Below, piece by piece: positions 1 to 10,568 of a stretch of 64,000 bases of DNA. The stretch is taken from the NCBI GenBank assembly GCA_030390025.1, contig CM059431.1, positions 95,172,001-95,236,000 of the forward strand, read 5' to 3'. The DNA is from Squalus acanthias. Taxonomy: Eukaryota. Numbering within the stretch: position 1 is the first letter of the stretch; the number at the start of each line of letters is the position of its first letter. A model generated the notes under the pieces. That model was not told the origin of the DNA. It saw nothing but the letters and a program-made list of their open reading frames with translations, and did not search any database. The position numbers and the translations under genes are program-made.

Positions 1-720
1 CACCAGGCACTAACCTTTTCAAACATTAGTTAAATTCCCATTTTTTCTTCCAAGAGGGAAGTGGAGCACTAAATGAAGTGCTCCACTTGCCTCTTGGAGC
101 GCAAGAGGTGGGAAATGTCCCGATCTGGGGCAAAGTGCTCAGCAGCGCCACAAGTGGCCAAGCATGGCACTGCCGCATTGCTGTGGCTCTTCCCTGCATT
201 AAAGGGAAGGGCTCCACACTGCGAGCTCTGCAGGTTTATTTTTAGATATGTGGGCCACCGGGGAGCGGGAGTGCCACGCGATAAGTGAGGCACTCATGCA
301 GAGTGCTGGGCTGACCGATCGCGGCATGAACGCCACAGCCGGTGGCCGAAAATAAATATTTTTTAAAAATCAGCAGATTTTTTTGGCTGACTGCCCACCA
401 TGCCTTTAAGTTGTGCCCCGCGAGCGGCCAGCCTCTGTGTTTGCGACCCCTGCAGCAGTCGGTAACATCGCCTGCTGCTGCGGGGCGTGATTGCGAATTT
501 TTCTTCTGAGGCGCTACCGGGACGCTGCGCCCGGTGATGACATCATAATCTCTGGGCGCAGAAGATCAGGGCGCTACCCGGGCGTGCCACCGCTAACCTC
601 CCACGGAATTTCGCAGGAGGCGCGATTATCGCCTCGGGGGGGGGAGGGGGAGGCGCAAAGCCATTCATGCCCCATTAGCGCCTCCCACCGGAGGCGCAAA
701 CAAGGGGAATTTCACCCCCA
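1..720. mobile_element. GC-rich Harbinger-type MITE, right part (family shared with 31089-31980, 46636-47396, 50995-51350)
   Basis: Ends GCCCCATTAGCGCC...GGAGGCGCAAAC...GAATTTCACCCCC, matching the termini of the other copies; left end not identified. Confidence 0.65.
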
Positions 721-721
721 A

Positions 722-962
722 AGAGACTTCTTGCTACCTTTGAAACCCTATGGCGTGAACAGCCTTGGAGAAGCCATCTTTATGATTCCTCATTAACATT
801 CACGCTAACTTTTAGACATGGGGCTAATGTGCGAAACTCTGTACGTTTGATTAGGGTGTTTAAGATAAATATTCAACGATAATAAATGAAGCGAATTATC
901 AGACATATTACTGTCTCTAGTTGCATGAATCTGTTTAAAAATGGTAAAGGACTTATCTAACA
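722..962 (+). mobile_element. 3' part of the 5' LTR of a degenerate provirus
   Basis: AATAAA at 881-886; ends ...CTAACA at 962, 3 nt before a PBS-like sequence. Confidence 0.55.
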
Positions 963-965
963 GTT

Positions 966-983
966 TGGCAGCGTCAGGCAGGA
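966..983 (+). promoter_or_regulatory. Primer-binding site, tRNA-Ser-like
   Basis: TGGCAGCGTCAGGCAGGA resembles the complement of the tRNA-Ser 3' end (TGGCGTAGTCGGCAGGA); lies between the LTR CA and the gag ATG. Confidence 0.55.
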
Positions 984-1746
984 GATAAGACTAGTAATTG
1001 TTTGAATGTCAAATCTGGGCTGGGACAGCTCTGATTTAGTAAGAACCATATGGTAGTAAAAGCGATAAAGTTGTTCTTCTCGGATATTTGAACAATGAAT
1101 AAATTAGAGGAGTATGTAGCCCAATATCTCGCAAAGGATGGTGGTGGATCCCTAAAGATTGGAGGTCTTATGGGTAAAGCAAATCCCCTAGGCTGATTGG
1201 TGGAGATACTTAAGAAGATTTTTTTTAGCAAACCCAGGAAGGACCGAACTAAGTCTGCGAAAATACAAAGATTGTTTACTGTGGTCAGAGCTTTGTCAGA
1301 TACAAATAAAGGTTTAGAAAAAGAGTGTAAGATGTTGAAAGATATCTCCAAGAAGGAACAGGAGGAGAAGGAACAATTGTTCGGGCAAACAATGTTATCT
1401 GTGTGGAAGCTTTGATAGAGAGAAGTCAAAAATGTGTTGGAACGAAGTGTACTGGAATTGCAGAATAATCTGGGTGAGGTAGAATTAGAGAGAGATAACA
1501 TGAAGAGTAGCTTTAGATAAACGATACAAACCTACAGGAATTAGGGCCGAGGGACTCACAACATACGGTTTCAGTTTTAGATGCCGAGCCGGTATCATTA
1601 AAAGAGACCCCTCCTCCATCTTACCATCAACCCAATCTCTATCTCTTGTCTACCACGCTCAGTCGGCAAGTTGCTCAGGCAGATGATTGCAATGATACCA
1701 GGCAGACCACCACCGTAACCCGACACCTTAAGCCTGAGAAAATATT

Positions 1747-2758
1747 GGGGGCGATTATCAGCAGCATGTTCAGGCACTGAAGAGTCTCCGAGGTGGCCAA
1801 GGTGGGGTCTTGAGCTGAAACGTCGGTTTAGCATGGTAAAGGAGTTGAAGCCTGTGCTAGGAACAGCCGCCCAGAGGCTCGTTAAGGGGGTGATTGCCAC
1901 TTAAAATGCCTGTTATCGCTCATTAAGTAGGCTGCATGGCATTTTGGTGGCTAGTGCTTCAACTAACGCCCTCTCCTAACAGCAACCAGCTGTTTGGGAG
2001 TAAACAAGGCATTAATGTGGCTTTCAAGTGCTACTTAAAGTGATACTCACCATTTCATGTTCACTTGCTGCTGGAGCTGTGCAGAGGACCTCTGAAACTC
2101 ATCGGAAAACTGTCTGGGACACTTTGTCAAGACTTCACCAACACTCGAGCAACATTTATTCTGCAAATTCTCTGACGACTTCATCTAAAAAGAGTAAGTG
2201 CTGTGCTACTCCACCTTATATGAGATACCAGGAGAAAGGGAGTGCTTGGTCATGGGCATCTTGCTTGGGGTTCCCCTTGGTCTGGACGAGGAAGGGGAGG
2301 AGGACATGAGGCCAGGCAGAGTAGCACCAGCTGCTGCAGCAGCGAGGGACAGGAGGGAAATGTGGCATCCTTCCCCCCTGTGGGTACAGGCCATCCCTCC
2401 TCCTCTGGACCTCCTCCACCAGGACCTCTAGTGCCATGTCTGAGAACTTGTGAGTCCTCTCCCTCGGTCCCTGAGTCATCCTGCAATGTGTCGCTGTGTG
2501 CCAGCCAGAGCACTCCACAGTGGAATTGGGTGCGAGGAGCCCACATATACTGCTCCACGAAAATTGCGTCTAAGCAGCACTTGACTGCTAAACCTGCAGG
2601 TTTCTGGTTTAGCACCTCCAGGCAAGTTCAAATTATGGTAATCAGCAATTAGGACCAAAATTGTGTGCTAAATCCGGACTTTCAAACAGGTGTGGTGTGT
2701 CCTTTTAGCACAGCACCCATTAAGCACCTGTTTTCACCCTTTGACCAAAATAACCCCA
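1747..2758. mobile_element. Internally deleted Harbinger derivative
   Basis: ATT TSD (1744-46 and 2759-61), GGGG-starting degenerate TIRs; nuclease-like N-terminus on + (MGILLGVPL, ~2252) fused to Myb N-terminus on - (RERTHKFSDMALEVLVEEVQRRRD). Confidence 0.7.
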
Positions 2759-3312
2759 ATTATGTTTTATGAAAGAATTAGGTCCCTTTCCACACAGTAA
2801 GGGTATTAATGATCTCATCAACTGGCTGCACAGGCATAATAGCTTGAGAATTACTAATGACCTCACCACGACTGACATCAAGTGGCTTGTCGAGAAGGGT
2901 ATGGGTACTACCCACTATAGGTGATGCTCAGTAACGAAATGCAGGGGCGGGAATTATTTGTCCCTAGTCGGGGAAGTGGTGCTCCAAGAGACTGGGTCCA
3001 ATGAGGAGATTATAGCACTTGGAGGTATTGCTCAGAGATCTAATGAGAATCACCACTCATATGATGACTGCCTTGGTTTAACTGGTCCCACTACCACCAT
3101 GGCGATAAGGACCACCTCCAGTATACTGGCCTCATGTTGGAGGGTGTGAAATCTTCCGGCTAAATGGTCTCAGATATTAGGCCCATGATGCTAAGTCTTC
3201 CACTTGAGATGAGCCACAATTGTATGGGGACTCCTTTGGAGGTAGAGGGAGAAATCATGACAGGCGTGGACACTACCGTCAGGGGCACTCCTATTCTGAG
3301 TTGAGGGACCAA

Positions 3313-3625
3313 TTAAGAGAACATAGAACGTAAGAACATAAGAAACAGGAGCAGGAGTAGGCCAATCGGCCCCTCGAGCCTGCTTCGCCATTCAATAAGA
3401 TCATGGCTGATCCAATCTTGACCTCAACACCACTTCCCCGCTCTCTCCCCATACCTATTGACTTCCTTGTAGTTCAAATGTCTGTCAATCTCCGCCTTGA
3501 GTATATTGAATGACTCGCCTCCACAGCTCTCTGGGGTAGAGAATTCCAAAGATTCATGACCCTCTGAGAGAAGAAATTCCTCCTCATCTCAGTCTTAAAT
3601 GGGCGACCCCTTATTCTGAAACTAA
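3313..3625 (-). mobile_element. CR1 LINE 3' fragment
   Basis: (AGAACATA)-type tail and CR1 3' UTR/RT C-terminus in reverse orientation. Confidence 0.9.
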
Positions 3626-3748
3626 TAGATTAAAATAGGTGCCTTCGCAGTCAAGGCACTGGCCATGGCCCCCCCATGGGACCGTGCACTTCCACAATGA
3701 CAGGCTCCAGCCCCTTCCACCAGTCTACCATGGTGCCTGTTTAAGTTA

Positions 3749-3828
3749 GACCAGAGGGGATGCCCATTGTGCCATCATCTATAGGGGGAGATCAACGAGC
3801 GATGTTAATAGATGCAGGGTTGTCAGTT
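3749..3828 (+). pseudogene. pro: Retroviral-type aspartic protease N-terminus
   Basis: DQRGMPIVPSSIGGDQRAMLIDAGLSV; LIDAG sits at the position of the L-I-D-T-G catalytic motif; truncated by a CR1 insertion. Confidence 0.6.
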
Positions 3829-4305
3829 CATAACATAAGAAATAGGAGCAGGAGTAGGCCATACACCCCTCAAGCCTGCTTCAATAAGATCATTGCTGAA
3901 CTTCTACATCAACTCCACTTTTCCGCCCTATCCCCATATCCCTTGATTCCTGGGATCTTAGTGCCCAAGAATCTATCGATCTCTGTCTTGAATATACTCA
4001 ATGACTGAGCATCCACAGCACTCTGGGGTAGAGAATTCCAAAAATTCACAACCCTCTGAGTGAAGAAATTTCACCTCATCTCAGTCCTAAATAGCCGACC
4101 CCTTATCCTGAGACTATGACCCCTAGTTTTAGACTCTGCAGTCAGGGGAAACAACCTCTCAGTATTTACCCTGTCAAGCCTTCTAAGAATTTTATACGTT
4201 TCAATGAGATCACCTCTCATTCTTCTAAACTCCAGAGATTATAGGTCCATTCTACTCAATTGCTCCTCATAGGACAGCCCTCTCATCCCAGAAATCAATC
4301 TAGTT
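3829..4305 (-). mobile_element. CR1 LINE 3' fragment
   Basis: TRLISGMRGLSYEEQLSRMDL and CR1 tail on the - strand. Confidence 0.9.
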
Positions 4306-4481
4306 TGTTGGGTGGCTGCTGCTTGTGCTGCAATGGAAGCTGAGACATCGTCCATCAGACGTTGCATGATGGTGGGGTCCACAAGTGTGTTGATGTCCAT
4401 CAGTTCCATGCTGGAAAGGATGGGCTCCAAATTCTGCGCAAAGCCCTGTGCCAAGTTGGTGCCGGACTCCTCCATGCTCCT

Positions 4482-6169
4482 TGTAAGGGTTTTTGTCTCT
4501 CAGCCTGTGAGATTCGTGTGGCTCTGTGCAGCCCGGGTGCTAGTGCAGGTTTAGGCCTTGTTGCCTGTTCTGGTCTCCAGCCAGTCTGGGAGCACTAGAC
4601 ACACCTGTGAGTGGTTCGACCCACTCGCCCTTACGGTTCTAGACACTGGACTTAGATGCGAGAGCAGTAATGGAGATGAAACTCAGGTAGACTCGGTTGA
4701 ATGGTACGAAATGGAAAATCTTTATTGCATAATACTTAAGATTACGAAATACATGTCATAAGCACAGATTAATGACAGTACAATCTTACACGCAGTTATA
4801 TAACTAATTTCGGGGAAACGAGGAACGAACGACACATCGTAAATGGGGGCACACATTACAATTATCCTTAATACTTGAAACCCTCCCCTATCAATATCTG
4901 TCCTAAGCTAGATTCGTAGGATTCGAGACTCATGCTCACCACTCGTGATAACTCGGAGAATTCCGAAAACTCTGATCGGATGTTTTTCACCGCAGCGCCC
5001 ACGTGTCGATCAGGGGGTCTCCTGGCCCCACTTGTTTACTCGTTTCTGCTCCGGCTAGCAGGCTGGAACGTCTGCTGTCATGAAGATCTGTGTTGTCCTC
5101 GGAGTTCCGACTCTACTCAAAAAAGAGTCTTCCTGTGCCCTCACACCGGATGCAATAGAATTCGAAGAATAATCTTCCTGGCAGTTCTGTAAAACTCGAA
5201 GAAGTCTTCCTGGCAAGGAAAATGTCTATTCGACCTACAGGCGCGGTCGGGGCTTACTGACCGTGGCGATAAGTATGTTCTTCTTCTCTTCTCATCTCAT
5301 CTCATCTCATCTCGGGCCTTCGATTCCAACACCGTTTACCGACTTATCGGAATGGTGCGCCCGCTTCAAGGCTTCAGAGCCCAGTTCTACACAGGTCTTC
5401 ACGACACGACACGAGGTAGATTCGAGCGGATCGTAAAGTTCAACAGTCTTTTGAAAAGAGACACGAGGCAAGCAGGAACAAGACGGCGAGTCAAGAGCAC
5501 AGGAGCAGCCACGAGGATAAGAGTCAACCGAATAAGAGAAAAATGGACGGTTTGGAGCTTGCAATTATAGTGCAAAAATCTTCCGTTTCCCGCCCAACCT
5601 TAATGTCTTTTCTTTTGTTAGGGTTTGGCGCTCAAATGTCCTGCACAGGGTGATCTTCGCTTCAATGGGTTTCGGGGCTACTCGCAAATGTCTGAGTACC
5701 TGTCAATACCCCTCCCATTGTTTAATCGGTCGGTGTTCTCCCCGGAGGGGTTTTGGGGCCTCCAAGTGTCCTCTGTAACTACCCGCTAACGGCTCTCTCA
5801 TCGTAGAGTCGTTGGGATTCTACATATTAATGTCTTTGGATGGGCCCCCGACTACTCGGTACAATAGCCCTCATTCGCACCTGGGAGACCGACTCCAGTA
5901 TCTATGTGTATACTGCAAACCCATGATGTCTCGTGCATTATCCTCAATGTGCTGAGTCTTAATCGATCTTGCACAAATGTTTACTGAAACGCCATCCTGT
6001 CTGCCTGTTGAAGTCTAGAATGTTCTGCCACGAGGTGCGGCGGCCATTCCACAGCTGCCTGTGTCCACCTTGAAAACCCGACAGCATTCCGCTGAAACAA
6101 AAGCTGTTTGAACGAAACTATGTGTTTTTCTCCTTATTAATAAAATCGCGATATATTGCGAATTCTACA
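4482..6169 (-). mobile_element. Solo LTR, 1688 bp
   Basis: TGTA...TACA termini, 4-bp TSD TCCT (4478-81 and 6170-73); removal restores Myb frame RSMSRSMEES; AATAAA on - at 4721-26; CpG-rich. Confidence 0.85.
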
Positions 6170-7526
6170 TCCTTGACATTGAACGCAGGCTTTCTGGCAG
6201 GCTTCCCAATGCACCAAGCATTTCGGTGTGTACACTCCTCAGCCTTTTTCTGTAGCCTGGGCCATCAAAGTGCTCATTTGAGTCCTCTGCAGCAGAACCC
6301 GTGTGCAACCTCACCCTCCGGCAAGCTTGCACCTGCGCTATCCTTGCCCACTGCCCTGGCTGCAGCGAACTTGTGCCCGGGGTCACACCACGTGCAGATT
6401 CGACCTCTCTGCTATCCTCTAAAGTACGCGCAATGTCAATATCTGAGCTGGTGACTGCGATTGTGAAATCGAGTGACAGTGTGTTCTCATCATCACTGTT
6501 TTCCTGCTCTTCCACAACTGTCTGGGCAGGTTACAGTTCTTGGGTATCTGAAGTGAAAAAGGGCCAAGGGTTGGGTTGTGGTGAGGGGGGAGGAGAAAGT
6601 AAGAGATTTACACCATCTGCAGCTTATAAGTCAGAAGAGAGTTAAAGATGAAGGAAAAGTGGGATGTGAGGAGGAGGATTAGGTATGAGGATACCATCAT
6701 CTTCAATGGATTCAGTCCTGCCAGTGGCCGCGGCCTCAACAATGGCACTTCCCATAATGGCCAGCACCGTCTCCTCCATGGGGGTTGGAACATGCAGGTG
6801 CGCCTCTCCCCCTCCGGGTAGTTCCTACTGCCTCTGATTGTGCACCACCTTCTCCTGCAAGAGAGAGGGAAGTGTGTCAGTGAGTGTCATGCAATATGTT
6901 TGGGTCCTGATTGATAGATTGTTGGTAGGTGAGTGATGGGGGAGTGGTGAATTGAACAGGGGCTGAGGCTAGTGGTGCAGATGGTAGGATATGGCATTTG
7001 AAGATGCATTCACTGACCTTGATCACTCGTGTGAGGTCAATAAACTTCTTGCGACACTGCATCCAGGTCCTTGGGGCTAAACTCCTGGCATTGACCTCTG
7101 TGGCTATCTGTTCTCACTGCCTTCTCATCATGTGTCTGGAGGGCCTCCTGGCTCCCTGAGGATGCAGTGCATCTCTCCTCCTTTCCTCCTCCTCCACCAA
7201 GACCTCCAGTGCAGCATCCGAAAACCTGGGTGCCCGTGCTCTCTCCCATGGTCAGCCATTCTATACTCTTTCCCAGGTCAGATTCAGTTGCAGAATGAAT
7301 CCCAGCACCTGTTGCAGCCATAATGCACCCCACCCCTTTAACAGGTGCAGGGTATCTTTAAGTAGTGCAGGCTAGCTTTAAGTAGTGCAAGCTACTAACG
7401 ATATTGGGCCCCCTGCTGATGCGTGCAGCCAATGAACAGCGCAGTTAGCACTGGCTGCACACAGAAATCATTGTAATGAGTAGGCAGCACGAAGTTGGTG
7501 TGCTACCTGCATTACACTGAACGGAC

Positions 7527-7810
7527 CCTGGCCAAAAAAGCCATTCATTGGTCCAGGCAACGGGCGGTCGAGGGGGTCGTTCGGCCCGATTGCCTGCCTC
7601 TCTTCCGCGGCCATGTTCGCGCCCGGGTGGCCCTGGAGATGGAGCACGCGGTGTCCGCCGGCACGCTTGAGTTTTTCCACGACTGGTGGGCGCCGCGGGG
7701 ACTGGAGTACATCGTCACCCCGGGCTACCAAATTTTAATTTAATTTGTTAAGTTTCATTTAAGGTTTTATTGATTTACAGTTCATTTGGTTTTGTGCCCA
7801 CATAAAAGAG
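7527..7810 (+). mobile_element. Tx1-type (L1 clade) LINE 3' end
   Basis: 14-bp TSD TACACTGAACGGAC (7513-26 and 7811-24); LAKKAIHWSRQRAVEG...DCLPLFRGHVRARVALEMEHAVS matches the Tx1 ORF2 C-terminus. Confidence 0.85.
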
Positions 7811-7889
7811 TACACTGAACGGACGAGGGTTAATCACACATCGCGATCCCCACGCCCGTTTCGCGGGCTATCCAATTTAACCCCCAGTA

Positions 7890-8311
7890 TGTCTCAAAAT
7901 ACTGATATAACACCTTTTGAAGCTATAACAGGAAGCAGAATATGTCTACCAGAACATCTTTATGCTACCCCGATGCGACATACGTTACAGCAAACCGTTG
8001 CAACGGAACAGTGGATCAATCAGTTAGTGGAGTATGTGAGGAAGGCACAGAATTAAGTATCAGTTGTTAGTGGTCAGACCCAGAGAAAGATGCAATTGTA
8101 CTATGAAAGGGATGTTACCCCTCATTAAGTAGGCAATAGGGTGATGGTACAGCAGATCTCCGAGAAGAAACCATTCCCGGAGCCAACTTGGGAAGGATCA
8201 TTTTATATTGTGCAGAAGGCAAGCCCTTCAGTACATCTGATCCATGTGAACAAAGATAAAGGGGGAATGGATAAGCGGCTGCAAGCATTGCAACTGAAAT
8301 CTTTTAAGTCC
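7890..8311 (+). pseudogene. pol: Integrase C-terminal region of the provirus
   Basis: ITPFEAITGSRICLPEH, then the GPY/F-like PTWEGSFYIVQKASPSVH...ALQLKSF. Confidence 0.7.
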
Positions 8312-8316
8312 ATTGA

Positions 8317-10075
8317 TCATAGAATCATAGACTAATACAGCACAGAAGGAGGTCATTCGGCCCATCGTTCTTTGAAAGAGCTATCTGATCGAAGTTTTCA
8401 AGATATTAAGGGGAACAGCTAATGTAGATAGAGCGAAACTATTTCCGCTGGTTGGGGATTCTAGGACTGGGGGTATGGTCTAAAAATGAAAGCCAGACTT
8501 TTCAGGAGAGAAATTAGGGGAAACACTTCTACACACAAAGGGTGGTAGAAGTTTGGAACTCTCTTCTGCAAACGGCAATTGATGCTAGATCAATTGTTAA
8601 TTTTAAATCGGAGATTGATATCATTTTGTTAATCAAAGGTATTAAGGGATATGGGCCAAAGGCGGGTATATGGAGTTAGGTCACAGATCAGCTATGATCT
8701 CATTGAATGGCGAAACAGGTTCGAGGGGCTCAATGGCCTACTCCTGTTCCTATGTTCCAATTAGTCCCACTCCCCTGCTCTTTCCCCATAGCACTGCAAA
8801 TTTTTCCACTTCAAGCATTTATCCAATTCTCTTTTGAAAGTTATTATTGAGTCTGCTTCCACCACCCTTTTGAGCAGTACATTCCACATCATAAAAACTC
8901 ACTGCATAATTATTACTTTTTCATGTTGCCTCTGGATTTTTTTGCCAATTACCTTAAATCTGTGTCCTCTGGTTAGTGACACTTCTGCCAATGGAAATAA
9001 TTTTGCATTATTTACTCTATCAAAACCCTTCATGATTTTAAACACCTCTATCAAATCTTTCCTTAACCTTCTCTGCTCTAAGGAGAACAACCCCAGTTTC
9101 TCTAGTCTCTCCATGTAACTGTATTCCCTCATCCCTAGTACCATTCTAGTAAACCTCCTCTGTACCCTCTTTAAGGCCTTGACATCCTTCCTAATGTGTG
9201 GTGCCCAGAATTGGGCACAATACTCCAGCTGGGGCCTAACCAGTGTTTTATAAAGGTTTAGCCTAATTTCTTTGCTTTTGTACTTGATGTCTCTATTTAT
9301 AAAGTCAAGGATCACGTATGCCTTTTTAACAGCCTTCTCAACTTGTCCTGCCACCCTCAAAGATCTGTGTACATACACCCCCAGGTCTCTCTGTTCCTGC
9401 AGCCCTTTTTAAAATTTTACCATTTAGTTTATATTAACTCTCATTATTCCTACCAAAATGAATCACTTCACACTTCTCTGCGTTAAATTTCATCTGATAT
9501 GTCTTTGCCCATTTCACCAGTCTCTGTTCTCCTGGAATCTGTTCCTATCCTCCTCACTGTTTACTACATTTCTGAGTTTCGTGTCATCTGAAAACATTGA
9601 AAATATGCCTTGTATATCCATGTCCAGGTCATTAATAGATATCTAGAAGAGCAGTGGTCCCAACACCAACTCCTAGGGGACACCACTACACACTTCCCTC
9701 CAGTCTGAAAAACAATCATTTACCACTACTCTCTGCTTTCTGTCCCTTAGCCAATGTTGTACCCACGCAGCCCTTGCCCCTTTAATCCCATGGGCTTCAA
9801 TTTTGCTAACAAGTCTATTATGTGGTACGTTATCAAATACCTTTTGTAAGTCCATATACACATCAACCACACTACCCTCATCAACACTGTCCGTTACTTC
9901 ATCAAAGAACTCAAATAAGTTAGTCAAACAAGATTTGCCTTTAACAAATCTGTGCAGGCTCATTAACTCATATTTTTCCAAATGCCAATTAATTTTGTCC
10001 CAGATTAATGTCTCTAAAAATTTCCCACCACTGTCATTAGTCTGACTGGCCTGTAGTTGTTGGGTTTATTCTCCT
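8317..10075 (-). mobile_element. CR1 RT fragment with a nested + strand CR1 3' end (8386-8756)
   Basis: KGKSCLTNL, VYMDLQKVFD, LYKTLVRPQLEYC motifs; (CATAGAAT) tail. Confidence 0.9.
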
Positions 10076-10568
10076 TGAAAGTTTTTTTTTTCTCTTTTCC
10101 CAGTTCCTACATTCGGTACATTTTGATTAAATTCTAACCCGGAGAGTTCAATTTATTGCAAGAGTTGCATTGATTTATTTTTACTGTAATTTACATTATA
10201 GCACTGTTAACATGCACTCAATTTTTTTTCCGAAAGGGTAGAAGGCTATTTTGGGGAATTACATAGGCCAGAACTTTCCACACCTGGGCAGGTTGGGTGT
10301 GGGCAGTCGCAACCCGATTCTTCATTCCATGCCACTCCTCAGAGCGTCTTTGCATGAATGGGGCCTATTAAAGCTTCCCTGCGCGTTACCCAGCCCAATT
10401 AAATGGTGCGGGTCTGATGATGTCAGCGATGATGCGTCTTCAGCTGGGATATTTAAAGGAGCCATGGCCACAGTGCATTTGAAAACAGAAAAAAGAAAGA
10501 TGAAGGTTCATCTAGGAGTGTGCAGGCAGCACACTGCACAATTAGACAGCTGGAAAGAGTGCCAAATA

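Larger units (their letters stand above)
1095..3750 (+). pseudogene. gag: Degenerate retroviral/LTR gag, interrupted by insertions at 1747-2758 and 3313-3625
   Basis: ATG at 1095, coiled-coil region with in-frame stops, ETPPPSYHQPNLYLL at 1604-1648; removing 1747-2758 joins ...TRHLKPEK-ILCFMKELGPFP...NWLHRH in frame. Confidence 0.6.
4306..7885 (-). mobile_element. Harbinger, Myb-gene half (3-exon Myb/SANT pseudogene; left end lost)
   Basis: Exon 1 ~7259-7018 (TWMQCRKKFIDLTRVIK, then GTCAGT donor), exon 2 ~6856-6695, exon 3 from ~6548 split by a solo LTR; terminal AATTTAACCCCC at 7885. Confidence 0.8.
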
